Below, piece after piece: positions 51,891 through 59,671 of a stretch of DNA of 64,000 nt. The stretch lies in NCBI GenBank assembly GCA_018066285.1, contig JAGHRS010000024.1:1279-65278 (forward strand). The letters are read 5' to 3'. How positions within the stretch are numbered: position 1 is the stretch's first letter; every line of letters begins with the position of its first letter. The notes beneath the pieces were generated by a model that saw nothing but the letters and a program-made list of their open reading frames with translations, searched no databases and had not been told where the DNA came from. This DNA comes from Candidatus Treponema caballi (GTDB taxonomy: Bacteria; Spirochaetota; Spirochaetia; Treponematales; Treponemataceae). A program made the position numbers and the translations under genes.

Positions 51891-52427
51891 ATGACGTACA
51901 AATACGATAAAAAACACAGCAAAAACCTTTTACCGATGTATCTGCTCGCTATTGCGTGTGTAGGAGCCGGCATAGCCTGCTTCTTCTTTGCATCCCGCCT
52001 GACAGCGCTGCTTGTAACTGCAGCCGGCGTATACGTTGCATACATTATTTTCAGGACATCCGCGAAAATCCTTTCATCAAAGGTTGTGACTTATTCAGAA
52101 GGATGCACTGTATATACAACGATTGGCGAAAAAATCCAGTTTGACTGGACCTCAATCAATTACTCAGGAGTCGTAACGAATGGCGAGCATCCGGGAATTG
52201 TGTTCATGTATCGCGAGGATGAGGACAAAATCGCTACAATTCCAAACATGTTCCAGGGATTTGATGAACTTGTTGCAGAAATCAAGGAGAACACGCCGTT
52301 CAAGGAATATACGCTCGCAGATGATGAGCCGAACATCATCGCACATTTGAAAAAACTCGTCTGTCCTCCTGAAGAAGATGATGAGGAAGCAGAAAGCAAC
52401 GAAACTGCCGATTCTTCAGAGAATTGA
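51891..52427 (+). CDS. Hypothetical membrane-anchored protein with an acidic C-terminal tail
   Basis: Two TM segments then a soluble domain. SD AGGTGGA upstream. Confidence 0.5.
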   Translation: MTYKYDKKHSKNLLPMYLLAIACVGAGIACFFFASRLTALLVTAAGVYVAYIIFRTSAKILSSKVVTYSEGCTVYTTIGEKIQFDWTSINYSGVVTNGEHPGIVFMYREDEDKIATIPNMFQGFDELVAEIKENTPFKEYTLADDEPNIIAHLKKLVCPPEEDDEEAESNETADSSEN

Positions 52428-52453
52428 CAACCCGCCGAAAATTCTGCTAAAAT
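52424..52453 (+). promoter_or_regulatory. Candidate sigma70 promoter of tRNA-Ala (TTGACA-N18-TAAAAT)
   Basis: -35 at 52424-52429 overlaps the upstream stop codon. -10 at 52448-52453. The tRNA starts at 52465. Confidence 0.45.
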
Positions 52454-52464
52454 AAACGCATCTT

Positions 52465-52538
52465 GGGGGTGTAGCTCACCTGGCTAGAGCGTTTGAATGG
52501 CATTCAAAAGGTAGTCGGTTCAAGTCCGATCATCTCCA
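52465..52538 (+). tRNA. tRNA-Ala (anticodon GGC)
   Basis: Hand-folded: acceptor GGGGGTG/CATCTCC with the G3:U70 Ala identity pair, D arm GCTC/GAGC, anticodon loop ATGGCAT, T arm GTCGG-TTCAAGT-CCGAT. No encoded CCA. Confidence 0.9.
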
Positions 52539-52545
52539 TAGAAAG

Positions 52546-52578
52546 AATCCCGAATTAAACTTCGGGATTTTTTGTTTT
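52546..52578 (+). terminator. Rho-independent terminator of tRNA-Ala
   Basis: AATCCCGAA-TTAAAC-TTCGGGATT followed by a T-run. Confidence 0.8.
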
Positions 52579-52603
52579 TAAATCAATCATTCTGAAACTT
52601 CGT

Positions 52604-52624
52604 GTCGGACTAGAACCGACTACC
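52604..52624 (-). repeat. Inverted partial copy of the tRNA-Ala variable-loop/T-arm
   Basis: The minus strand reads GGTAGTCGGTTCTAGTCCGAC, against GGTAGTCGGTTCAAGTCCGAT at 52510-52530. That is 19/21 identical. Confidence 0.6.
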
Positions 52625-52859
52625 GGAGCAGCCACTATACCAGACTGGTCGCGAGAACGCGGAACGCGTTGTCGCTCCGGCGCGGGACGGAGCTTTAGTA
52701 CCACACTGCTGACCAAGGCGCCGGCGTGAGCAGTGCGGAACAATTTGTGGAAAAGTCGTCGAAAACGACGGTAGCGAGCGAAGGCGCGCCCAGAGGGCTC
52801 GGTTCAAGTCGCGCCAAATATTGTCTTTCCGCTATTTATTGTGAATCTAATCTTCTTCC

Positions 52860-53445
52860 TTGTTACGCACGAAGTGCGGAGAAAAGCGGGCGAAAACGCA
52901 GAAAAAGCCTGCTTTCGCTGAATCTTGAAAAAGCCCTTTCAGCGAAAGCAGAAGAAAGCTCGCGATTTCTCTGTACAGAGGCGCCGGACGCTTTCGATGA
53001 GCGTGCGGAGAAAAGCGCCTTTTTCTGCAGTTTCTCTGCAAAATGGCGGGAGAGCGTGCTCTTTCAGCGGAGAAAACTGTGAAAAACGATCCGTTTTCCA
53101 CGCGCGGGTACGGAGAAATCGCCCAGAATTTGTGTATTTCGCTGAAAAATGCCTTAAAAAACGCGGTACAGGTCCCTTTTTCGAGCCTTTTCACAAACTG
53201 GGGACCTGCAATATGCGGAGAAAAGAGCAAAAATCGCGTTTTTCGCGGACGGGCGCTTGAAAGCGATGCTTTTTTTATGGAGATTTCGCGATTTTTCTGC
53301 GTGTTTTTTATGAAAACTGCTGAAATCCGCTGTTTTTTGGAAAAATCGCAGGTCCCCTAAAAGCGAAAAATGCTTTTTTGGGGGACCAAACTGCGCGAAA
53401 TGTAGCTTTTTTTGCGCGTCATGTCTTAAAAGCGGAGAAAGGCCG
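52860..53445. repeat. Degenerate low-complexity repeat block built on the word GCGGAGAAAAG
   Basis: The word or a one-off variant occurs at 52876, 53005, 53067, 53110, 53215 and 53432. TTTCGCTGAA recurs at about 52912 and 53137. No credible ORF. Confidence 0.55.
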
Positions 53446-53587
53446 TATGAGCGCAAGCGCGTCAGGGATTGGAGCACCTGCGGAGCAGTCCACCGCAGGG
53501 AGCGCGAGCGATCGAGGAGGATGAGCGTGAGCGAAGTGCGCAAAGCCCGGCGGCGCGAGCGGAGCGAGTGGCGGGACGCCCAAAATT

Positions 53588-53620
53588 GTGGTAAACGTCG
53601 GAATTCTAGTATTTTACCGA
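53588..53620. repeat. Solo copy of the GGTAAA-N17-TTTACC palindromic unit
   Basis: GGTAAACGTCGGAATTCTAGTATTTTACC closely matches units 5 and 6 of the 1358-1685 array (GGTAAATGTCGGAATTCTAGAATTTTACC). Confidence 0.75.
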
Positions 53621-53648
53621 TATTCCCACTGCTTTCTTTTGTGCTATA

Positions 53649-54080
53649 ATGCCTGGCATGAGAGTTAAGACACGTTATCAGAGTTTCAGGCAGGTTTTGG
53701 AGCAGGGGCCGCGCGCGGTTGTGCTGTATATCGTCAGTCAGGTGGTGTTTGCGGCTGTGCTGGCGGTCGCTATTTTGTTCCTGATAAAGGGCATTTTCAA
53801 GGCGAGTGGGCCGTACAAGCATTCAATCGGTGTGATTGAGACGAAGCCAGAGGTCATGCGGTATCTTGGGGATCAGTACCGGCAGAAGGGTTTTATCTTC
53901 GGGTCAATCAGGTTGAACGGGAAGAACGGAAGCGCTGATTTTTCATACAGGCTCCGAGGGATGAGCGGTGTTTCGAAGGTGAAGGTTACTGCGATAAAGG
54001 CAAGCGGTTCCTGGATATATACAGCGCTCTTTTTTTATCCGGATGCACGTGGGTCGGATGTGATTAATCTGCTGGAATAA
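53649..54080 (+). CDS. Small membrane-anchored protein, Coa1/Tim21-like fold (hypothetical)
   Basis: One TM segment then a beta-rich domain of about 90 aa (GPYKHSIGVIETKPEVMRYLG...GSADFSYRLRG...GSWIY). The start may be ATG 53658, which is 7 nt after the extended -10 TGCTATAAT. Confidence 0.5.
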   Translation: MPGMRVKTRYQSFRQVLEQGPRAVVLYIVSQVVFAAVLAVAILFLIKGIFKASGPYKHSIGVIETKPEVMRYLGDQYRQKGFIFGSIRLNGKNGSADFSYRLRGMSGVSKVKVTAIKASGSWIYTALFFYPDARGSDVINLLE

Positions 54081-54086
54081 AGGCGG

Positions 54087-54809
54087 ATGAGCATGGACGA
54101 GAGACTTCAGTCAGCATACAATCTCGAAAAATCAGGTGAGTTTCAGGCAGCGCTGGACGCGTATCTGCAGTTTGAGGCTGTGTCTGGTGCGGACGACGTG
54201 TCGCTTTCATCAGATGACCGCCTGTTTCTTGCGCGTTCCATAGCGGCGTGCTTTTATTATCTGAAAGACTATCCCGAAGCGGAAAAGCGTTTTGAGCGCA
54301 TCCTGGCCGACACGTCGCTGAGTGCTGAAACGGCTGATGAGGTTGAGTCGTGTCTGTACCTGTGCTGGCTGTATGGCGGACAGGCTGAGAAGGCGAAGGC
54401 GGCGTTTCAGAAGCGTGTTCAGGTGCGCGCTTCTGCGTGGGATTACTGGTATCTCGGGCAGTGCTGCCTTCATCTGCATGAGTACGCTGAGATGGTTGAT
54501 TACTATGAGGATGCTGTCCGTTGTGCGGAAAGTGTCAACTCGGATAAAGTGCCGTTTTTCATGTGTCATTTGGTGGTTGCGGATCTGTTGAATAACAGGA
54601 TGGATGAAGTGGGGCGTCTGCTCAATCGTCTTGCATTCATGCAGAAGGCAACGTATGGCCTGTTTGGCATAACGAGCGCGCTGTATGCAAAAATGCGTGG
54701 TTCTGCTGATTGGAAAAAGCAGTATTCTGCCGGATTGCGGCAGGCAAAAAAGTGTGGATATCATGAAAATGTTGAGCTGGCGGAATTCCTGCTTAAGGAG
54801 CTTGGCTGA
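54087..54809 (+). CDS. Hypothetical TPR-like helical-repeat protein
   Basis: 240 aa, all-helical by eye, with Y/W/L-spaced repeats. No catalytic motif. Confidence 0.5.
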   Translation: MSMDERLQSAYNLEKSGEFQAALDAYLQFEAVSGADDVSLSSDDRLFLARSIAACFYYLKDYPEAEKRFERILADTSLSAETADEVESCLYLCWLYGGQAEKAKAAFQKRVQVRASAWDYWYLGQCCLHLHEYAEMVDYYEDAVRCAESVNSDKVPFFMCHLVVADLLNNRMDEVGRLLNRLAFMQKATYGLFGITSALYAKMRGSADWKKQYSAGLRQAKKCGYHENVELAEFLLKELG

Positions 54810-54897
54810 GCTGGACGATATACTGAAGAAGATAGGTATGTGTTTTTTTTCACCAGCGCTTTGGAAAGCCAGAATATAATACGGAAAGAACTATATA

Positions 54898-55143
54898 AAT
54901 GAGAGCGATGATCCTAAGGTAAAAGCATATCTGAAGCTGTGTGACTTTATTAAGGCGGAAAAAGAGGCTCATATAAAAGAACAGGAAAAAATGTATGAGA
55001 GGGAAGAAAAAGGAAGAGAAAATCCTGAATATGTAAAAGTGGTTAATACTCAAGAGTTCCCGAAACCAAATTCTATGTCATCGACTACGATACGTTTGAA
55101 AAGTACACCGAAGAATACTCATACTCACATTACGGAAACTGAG
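54898..55143 (+). pseudogene. Possible frameshifted gene remnant (AT-rich)
   Basis: An open frame without a start reads NESDDPKVKAYLKLCDFIKAEKEAHIKEQEKMYEREEKGRENPEYVKVV. A shifted frame continues TKFYVIDYDTFEKYTEEYSYSHYGN-stop. Confidence 0.25.
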
Positions 55144-55153
55144 TAGTATCTGC

Positions 55154-55732
55154 TCACTCCAGCGTGATGAGCCGTCCGCCGAGCAGTTGAACATCCGCGT
55201 CGTCGTGCGTAACGACAATGAGCGTTTTCCCGGCGGTGTGGCGCTTTACGTACTGAATCGCCTTTTCACGGAGCGCGGCGTCCAGTCCCTTGAACGGCTC
55301 GTCCATAATGACGAGTGGCGCGTCAAAGCAGATGGCGCGCGCAATGGCAACACGCCGCTTCATGCCGCCTGAAAACTCGCCCACTTTCTTGGTGAGCGCG
55401 TCGCCGAGTTCCAGTTCGCGAAGGTGCCCGGTAATCTCGTCTTTTGAAAGCGCATGCCCCGTCACTGCGCGGATGTTGCTTACAGCAGTAAAGTTGTCTG
55501 ACAGCCGGTTTTCCTGAAAAACGACCGCCATCTTTCCGCTTACGCCCGTGACGGCGCCGCTGTCCGGCTGTTCAACGCCTTCAATCAGTTTCAAAAGCGT
55601 CGTTTTTCCAGAACCTGATGCGCCTTTTATGCAGGTAATTTCGCCTGCAGGAAATGTCAGGGAAAGGTTATCAAGAACGCGTACATCGCCAAATGACTTT
55701 GAGACGTTTTCAAGCACAATATCTTTGCTCAT
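55154..55732 (-). CDS. ABC transporter ATP-binding protein (short, NitT/TauT-like)
   Basis: Walker A GASGSGKTT, signature FSGGMKRR, Walker B VIMDEPFKGLD. Confidence 0.9.
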   Translation of the reverse strand: MSKDIVLENVSKSFGDVRVLDNLSLTFPAGEITCIKGASGSGKTTLLKLIEGVEQPDSGAVTGVSGKMAVVFQENRLSDNFTAVSNIRAVTGHALSKDEITGHLRELELGDALTKKVGEFSGGMKRRVAIARAICFDAPLVIMDEPFKGLDAALREKAIQYVKRHTAGKTLIVVTHDDADVQLLGGRLITLE

Positions 55733-56487
55733 ATCCGCTCAAGCCCCCTGAATGTCAGTTTCAATAAGCCGATGAAGACTTTTTCGAGCATCACGCTCAA
55801 AAGCACGATGATGATTGTCCATGAAAGCAGGTCTGCGTTCTGGAAGTAGATTTTCGCTTCGTAGAGCCGTTCGCCGATGGAGCCGTTCACGAGACCGATG
55901 ACTTCCGCCGCGACGCCTGATTTCCATGCCATGCCAGCCGCGATTGAGCATGCGGAGATGAGGCCCGGTTTCACGGCTGGCAAGTACACGTACAAGAGCT
56001 GCCTGGGCCATGTCATGCGGTACAGGCGGGCCATCTCTGTCATGCGTGGGTCGGTGCTTTTAAGGCTGGCGAGCACGTTGGAGTAGATAACCGGGAATGA
56101 AATCAGGAACGCGATGAAGACTGTCAGCTGGGTAAATGAGAACCAGATAAGGCACAGGATGATGAATGAAGCGACCGGAACGGATTTGATGGTGACGATG
56201 TACGGCCACAGGAGCGTTTCCAGAGTGCGGAAACGATGTGCGAGCACTGCAAGGATGACGCCCGCCGCAAATGCGAGCAGGTAGCCCGCCGTAATGCGGA
56301 GGACGCTGAAAAGCACTGTCTGCCAGAAATCTGCTTCAAGCCAGATGGTGGCGAGCCGTTTTATGACAGCGAATGGAGACGCGAGGAGCATATCCATGCC
56401 GACAATCATCGACACGATCTGCCAGACGGCGAGCGCGAGGATGATTGAGAGTGCTTTGTATACAGTTTGTGACGCCGGTTTATTCAT
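55729..56487 (-). CDS. ABC transporter permease (binding-protein-dependent type)
   Basis: 252 aa with 6 TM segments and an EAA-like loop (MARLYRMTWPRQLLYVYLPA). 4-nt overlap with the ATPase gene. Confidence 0.85.
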   Translation of the reverse strand: MNKPASQTVYKALSIILALAVWQIVSMIVGMDMLLASPFAVIKRLATIWLEADFWQTVLFSVLRITAGYLLAFAAGVILAVLAHRFRTLETLLWPYIVTIKSVPVASFIILCLIWFSFTQLTVFIAFLISFPVIYSNVLASLKSTDPRMTEMARLYRMTWPRQLLYVYLPAVKPGLISACSIAAGMAWKSGVAAEVIGLVNGSIGERLYEAKIYFQNADLLSWTIIIVLLSVMLEKVFIGLLKLTFRGLERI

Positions 56488-57529
56488 CCGTCAGATAGAA
56501 TGCATCTCCTGGGAGTTCGCCGCCCACAGCTTTCGGATTCAGGTCGAAGAGCACCTTCAGGTAGCCCTGCGTAATCGTCTTCATGCTGCTGCCCGTAATG
56601 CAGACAATGTTGCAGTACGGAATTGCCTTCTGGGCAATCGGTGCTTTAACAATACCATATTTTTCAACAAGTTGCGCGGCGTCTGCAACATTTTCAGTCA
56701 CAAAACTTGTGGATGTGCTGTAATCTGCCAAGAAAGCCTTAACCGCTTCCGGGTGCTCCTCAGCGAACGTTTTCCGCACGAAAATACCTGCTGTCAGGAA
56801 CTGGCTGCCGTTACCGAGAGCGTTCCATTCGGCGGTCAGGTCGACGGCGATTCTGAGCGTGCTGAACTGATTGCCGGCGACCGTGACGTACGGCTGCGGC
56901 ATCATGGCGACGGTGTTCTCTTCAGTGTTCATGAGCGCGACAATCTCCGTCGGCTCGCTCTTCCACTGCACATCCACGTCCTTGTTGATGTCGAGGCCGT
57001 TCTGCGCGAGAAGATACGTCAGCGCGTATTCAGGCGTTGAGCCACGGCCGGTTGCGTAGACAATCTTGCCGGCGAGGTCTTTCAGGCTCTGGATGGTCTG
57101 GCCGTTTTTCTCGACGATGTACACGACGCCGAGTGTGTTGACTGCGAGCATTTCGACAGCCCCGCCGGAGTTCTTGTTCAAAACGGCGCCCAGGTTTACC
57201 GGAGCCGCGATGATGTCGAGCTCGCCTTTGAGAAACTTGGGGGAAATCTCGTCGGCAGAACCGGCAAGGGTGAACTCGTAATCGTTTGCGGTAAGGCTGT
57301 TCTCAGCGTCATCAAGCAGCTTGACCATGCCCATGGTTGTCGGTCCCTTAAGCCCTGCCAGGTGCACGAGCGTCTTCGGCGCCGCTGCCTTATCAGCGTT
57401 CAAGGGCTGCGGGGCGGCGTCAGGCTGCGCATACGTCGCAGATGACTCTGCGTCAGTTTTTTTCTGGCAGCCCGCGAGAAGCAGGACCGCCGCTATCACT
57501 AAAAGAAGGGTAATAAGTGTTCGTTTCAT
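56480..57529 (-). CDS. ABC transporter substrate-binding lipoprotein (NMT1/THI5-like fold)
   Basis: Lipobox LLLAGC and a type-II periplasmic-binding layout. First gene of a three-gene minus-strand operon. Confidence 0.8.
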   Translation of the reverse strand: MKRTLITLLLVIAAVLLLAGCQKKTDAESSATYAQPDAAPQPLNADKAAAPKTLVHLAGLKGPTTMGMVKLLDDAENSLTANDYEFTLAGSADEISPKFLKGELDIIAAPVNLGAVLNKNSGGAVEMLAVNTLGVVYIVEKNGQTIQSLKDLAGKIVYATGRGSTPEYALTYLLAQNGLDINKDVDVQWKSEPTEIVALMNTEENTVAMMPQPYVTVAGNQFSTLRIAVDLTAEWNALGNGSQFLTAGIFVRKTFAEEHPEAVKAFLADYSTSTSFVTENVADAAQLVEKYGIVKAPIAQKAIPYCNIVCITGSSMKTITQGYLKVLFDLNPKAVGGELPGDAFYLTDE

Positions 57530-57562
57530 GACATAAATATACTAATAAGTGCGGCGAATGTG

Positions 57563-57578
57563 CGTTGCAATTGCAACG
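57563..57578. promoter_or_regulatory. Perfect 16-bp palindrome CGTTGCAATTGCAACG upstream of the ABC operon (candidate operator)
   Basis: Lies 34-49 nt upstream of the SBP start codon, between the pheS terminator and the ABC operon. Confidence 0.35.
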
Positions 57579-57615
57579 AAAATGAACGCGGCGGCGAAAA
57601 GGCATTTTCTGCGGA

Positions 57616-57648
57616 CAAAAAAGCCGCCAGATTTTCATCCAGCGGCTT
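57616..57648 (-). terminator. Rho-independent terminator after pheS
   Basis: The minus strand reads AAGCCGC-loop-GCGGCTT followed by T6. Confidence 0.7.
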
Positions 57649-57689
57649 CTCTCATAAAAGCGTGTGCGTTTGCGCCCTTGCGCAAGCTC

Positions 57690-59246
57690 CTACAGCTTTG
57701 CTTTTCTCAGGCGGACCTGCTCAATATCACTTGAGAACAGTTCGCGAAGGTCGTTGAGTCCCAGAGCCATGAGAGCCATGCGGTCAATACCGATACCCCA
57801 TGCGAGAACCGGACAGTCAACGCCCATTGCCTTGGTAACTTCAGGACGGAAGATACCTGATCCACCGAGCTCGAACCAACCGAGGACAGGGTGCTTGATA
57901 TGAACTTCAACAGAAGGCTCCGTGAACGGGAAGTAGCCTGGAACGTACTTGACTTCAGTTGCTCCTGCAATCTCAACAGCGAACATTTCAAGGAAGCCCA
58001 GCAGTGTCTTCAGGTTAACGTCGTCACCAAGAACGATGCCTTCTGTCTGATAGAAGTCAGAAAGGTGAGTTGCGTCGACCTTATCGTAGCGGAAACAGCG
58101 TGCAATACCGAAGTACTTGCCCGGAACCTTAGCCTTTGCCAGCTGATGTGCTGAAAGGACAGTACCCTGACTGCGCAGGATCAGGCGGCGTGTCATTTCA
58201 TGGTCGAACTCGTAGTTCCATCCACGGCTTCCTGTGTTTCCACCGTCTTTATGAACAGCTGCAACGTTAGAGAGGAACGGTTCCTCAATAGCTTTTGCAT
58301 GCGTCGGGTTCTTGATTGAGTAAACGTCGTGGATATCGCGTGCTGCGTGGAACTGAGGCATGAACAGCGCATCGCAGTTCCAGAATTCGCTTTCAACAAG
58401 CGGGCCGTCGAACTCTTCAAAGCCGAGGCCGCAGAGCTTGTCCTTTACGCTTTCAAGGAATGATACATAAGCGCTTGTGCGGCCCGGAATGATGCGTGCC
58501 GGTGGAACGCCGATGTTGTATCCGCGGAATGTGGCGTTCTTCCACTCGCCGCTTACGAGAATCTTTGATGTAAGTGAACCGATTTCGTTACCGGTAATGC
58601 CGGCGGCCTCAAGTGCCTTTGCAGCATCTGTTGCGGCTTTTGTCAGTGTGTAGACGACAGTCTCGCGTTCTACAATGCGGAATGCGCTGTCAGCGGCGCC
58701 GCGCTTCTTTGCAAGACCGCCCATAACGTTCTTCTCTTCTTCAGAGAGAGTAGCCTGATCAAGCAGGCCGCCTTCAGCAGCAGCTGCTTTCTTGAGCAGG
58801 TCAGCGGTTACAGCAAGACGGGCCGGAAGAGCTGCGCCTGTGTAAGCGGCTTTCTTCTCAGCATCCATCTTCAGGATGCCTTCCTTTGAAAGGCCACCGA
58901 AAGCAGAACCGACGTCCTTGTTCTCGATTGCGAGGGCAGCAGCAATCTGTGGCAGAGCGTGCGGGCCCTTATCCTTCAGGAAGTTGATGATGCGCTCTTC
59001 GGCAGTGCCTTCAGCAGCGAATGTCTTTCCAAGGTCGGTAATTTCAAAGTAGGTATGTGGTTCACGACGTACGACTTCGACGAGCTCTTTTCCTCCAAGC
59101 CATGAAAAAGCCTGGTTTGCGTGTCCTTCCTTGTAGTCAAGTTCCTTCTGAAGCTTTGCGGAAGTAAGTTCTTCGCCCGGCTTATATGAGCGCAGAACCT
59201 TGATTTCCAGTGGATGCAGGTTCTTTATCAGTGTCTGTGAATCCAT
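57690..59246 (-). CDS. pheS: Phenylalanine--tRNA ligase alpha subunit, archaeal/eukaryal-type (518 aa)
   Basis: Long N-terminal winged-helix extension plus class II core motifs (FMPQFHAARD, LRSQGT, GFGIGIDR-like WGIGIDRMA). Much longer than bacterial-type PheS, which I recall at about 330-350 aa. Confidence 0.9.
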   Translation of the reverse strand: MDSQTLIKNLHPLEIKVLRSYKPGEELTSAKLQKELDYKEGHANQAFSWLGGKELVEVVRREPHTYFEITDLGKTFAAEGTAEERIINFLKDKGPHALPQIAAALAIENKDVGSAFGGLSKEGILKMDAEKKAAYTGAALPARLAVTADLLKKAAAAEGGLLDQATLSEEEKNVMGGLAKKRGAADSAFRIVERETVVYTLTKAATDAAKALEAAGITGNEIGSLTSKILVSGEWKNATFRGYNIGVPPARIIPGRTSAYVSFLESVKDKLCGLGFEEFDGPLVESEFWNCDALFMPQFHAARDIHDVYSIKNPTHAKAIEEPFLSNVAAVHKDGGNTGSRGWNYEFDHEMTRRLILRSQGTVLSAHQLAKAKVPGKYFGIARCFRYDKVDATHLSDFYQTEGIVLGDDVNLKTLLGFLEMFAVEIAGATEVKYVPGYFPFTEPSVEVHIKHPVLGWFELGGSGIFRPEVTKAMGVDCPVLAWGIGIDRMALMALGLNDLRELFSSDIEQVRLRKAKL

Positions 59247-59263
59247 AATATCCTTCTTTGTTT

Positions 59264-59650
59264 TTATTTTGAGAATTGAATGTATGATGTATAAATTGCG
59301 GTGTCATCTTCAAGGTCGTAACGTGTAACATCCTTGCGTGAATAGACATAACTGTAATAACTGTGGCTTTCCTGGAATGCCATTGCCTGAACATGAATGA
59401 TATTCATAGCAGCACCCTGATCAAAAATTGCTGCAGGTGTTTCATAAATGAAATAAGCTTCATCAGTTGCAGGATAGTAAATAATCTTAAGAACATACTC
59501 TTCGTTCTTAATGGTTATGTTTTCTACCTCGGTATAGTCTTTTTCGGAAGGAAAAGCTTCGGCAAGTGCTTTCATCGCTTCATCCTCTGCAAAGATTGAA
59601 AAAACAGCCATCAGAATGACAGCGCAAGCAACTATTTTTTTGAATGTCAT
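59264..59650 (-). CDS. Small secreted hypothetical protein
   Basis: Signal peptide MTFKKIVACAVILMAVFSIFA. 128 aa. Confidence 0.5.
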   Translation of the reverse strand: MTFKKIVACAVILMAVFSIFAEDEAMKALAEAFPSEKDYTEVENITIKNEEYVLKIIYYPATDEAYFIYETPAAIFDQGAAMNIIHVQAMAFQESHSYYSYVYSRKDVTRYDLEDDTAIYTSYIQFSK

Positions 59651-59671
59651 GATACTCTTTCCTCCGTTAAG

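Noticed and set aside
52790-52815. GGCTCGGTTCAAGTCGCGCC resembling a tRNA T-arm
   Set aside because: The flanks do not pair as a T-stem, and no other tRNA elements are nearby. The TTCAAGT similarity is too short to support a call.
53154-53822. 222-aa minus-strand ORF across the non-coding repeat block
   Set aside because: It has a low-complexity, Arg/Ser/Leu-rich translation. It overlaps the plus-strand gene at 53649-54080 and equally long frames on the other strand. It has no start context. It is treated as an artefact of the repeat composition.
57530-57689. Possible TPP or other riboswitch in front of the NMT1/THI5-like ABC importer
   Set aside because: The GCTGGATGAAAATCTGGCGGC element folds as the pheS terminator with a T-tract. 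No CUGAGA/ACCCU-type TPP core could be assembled.
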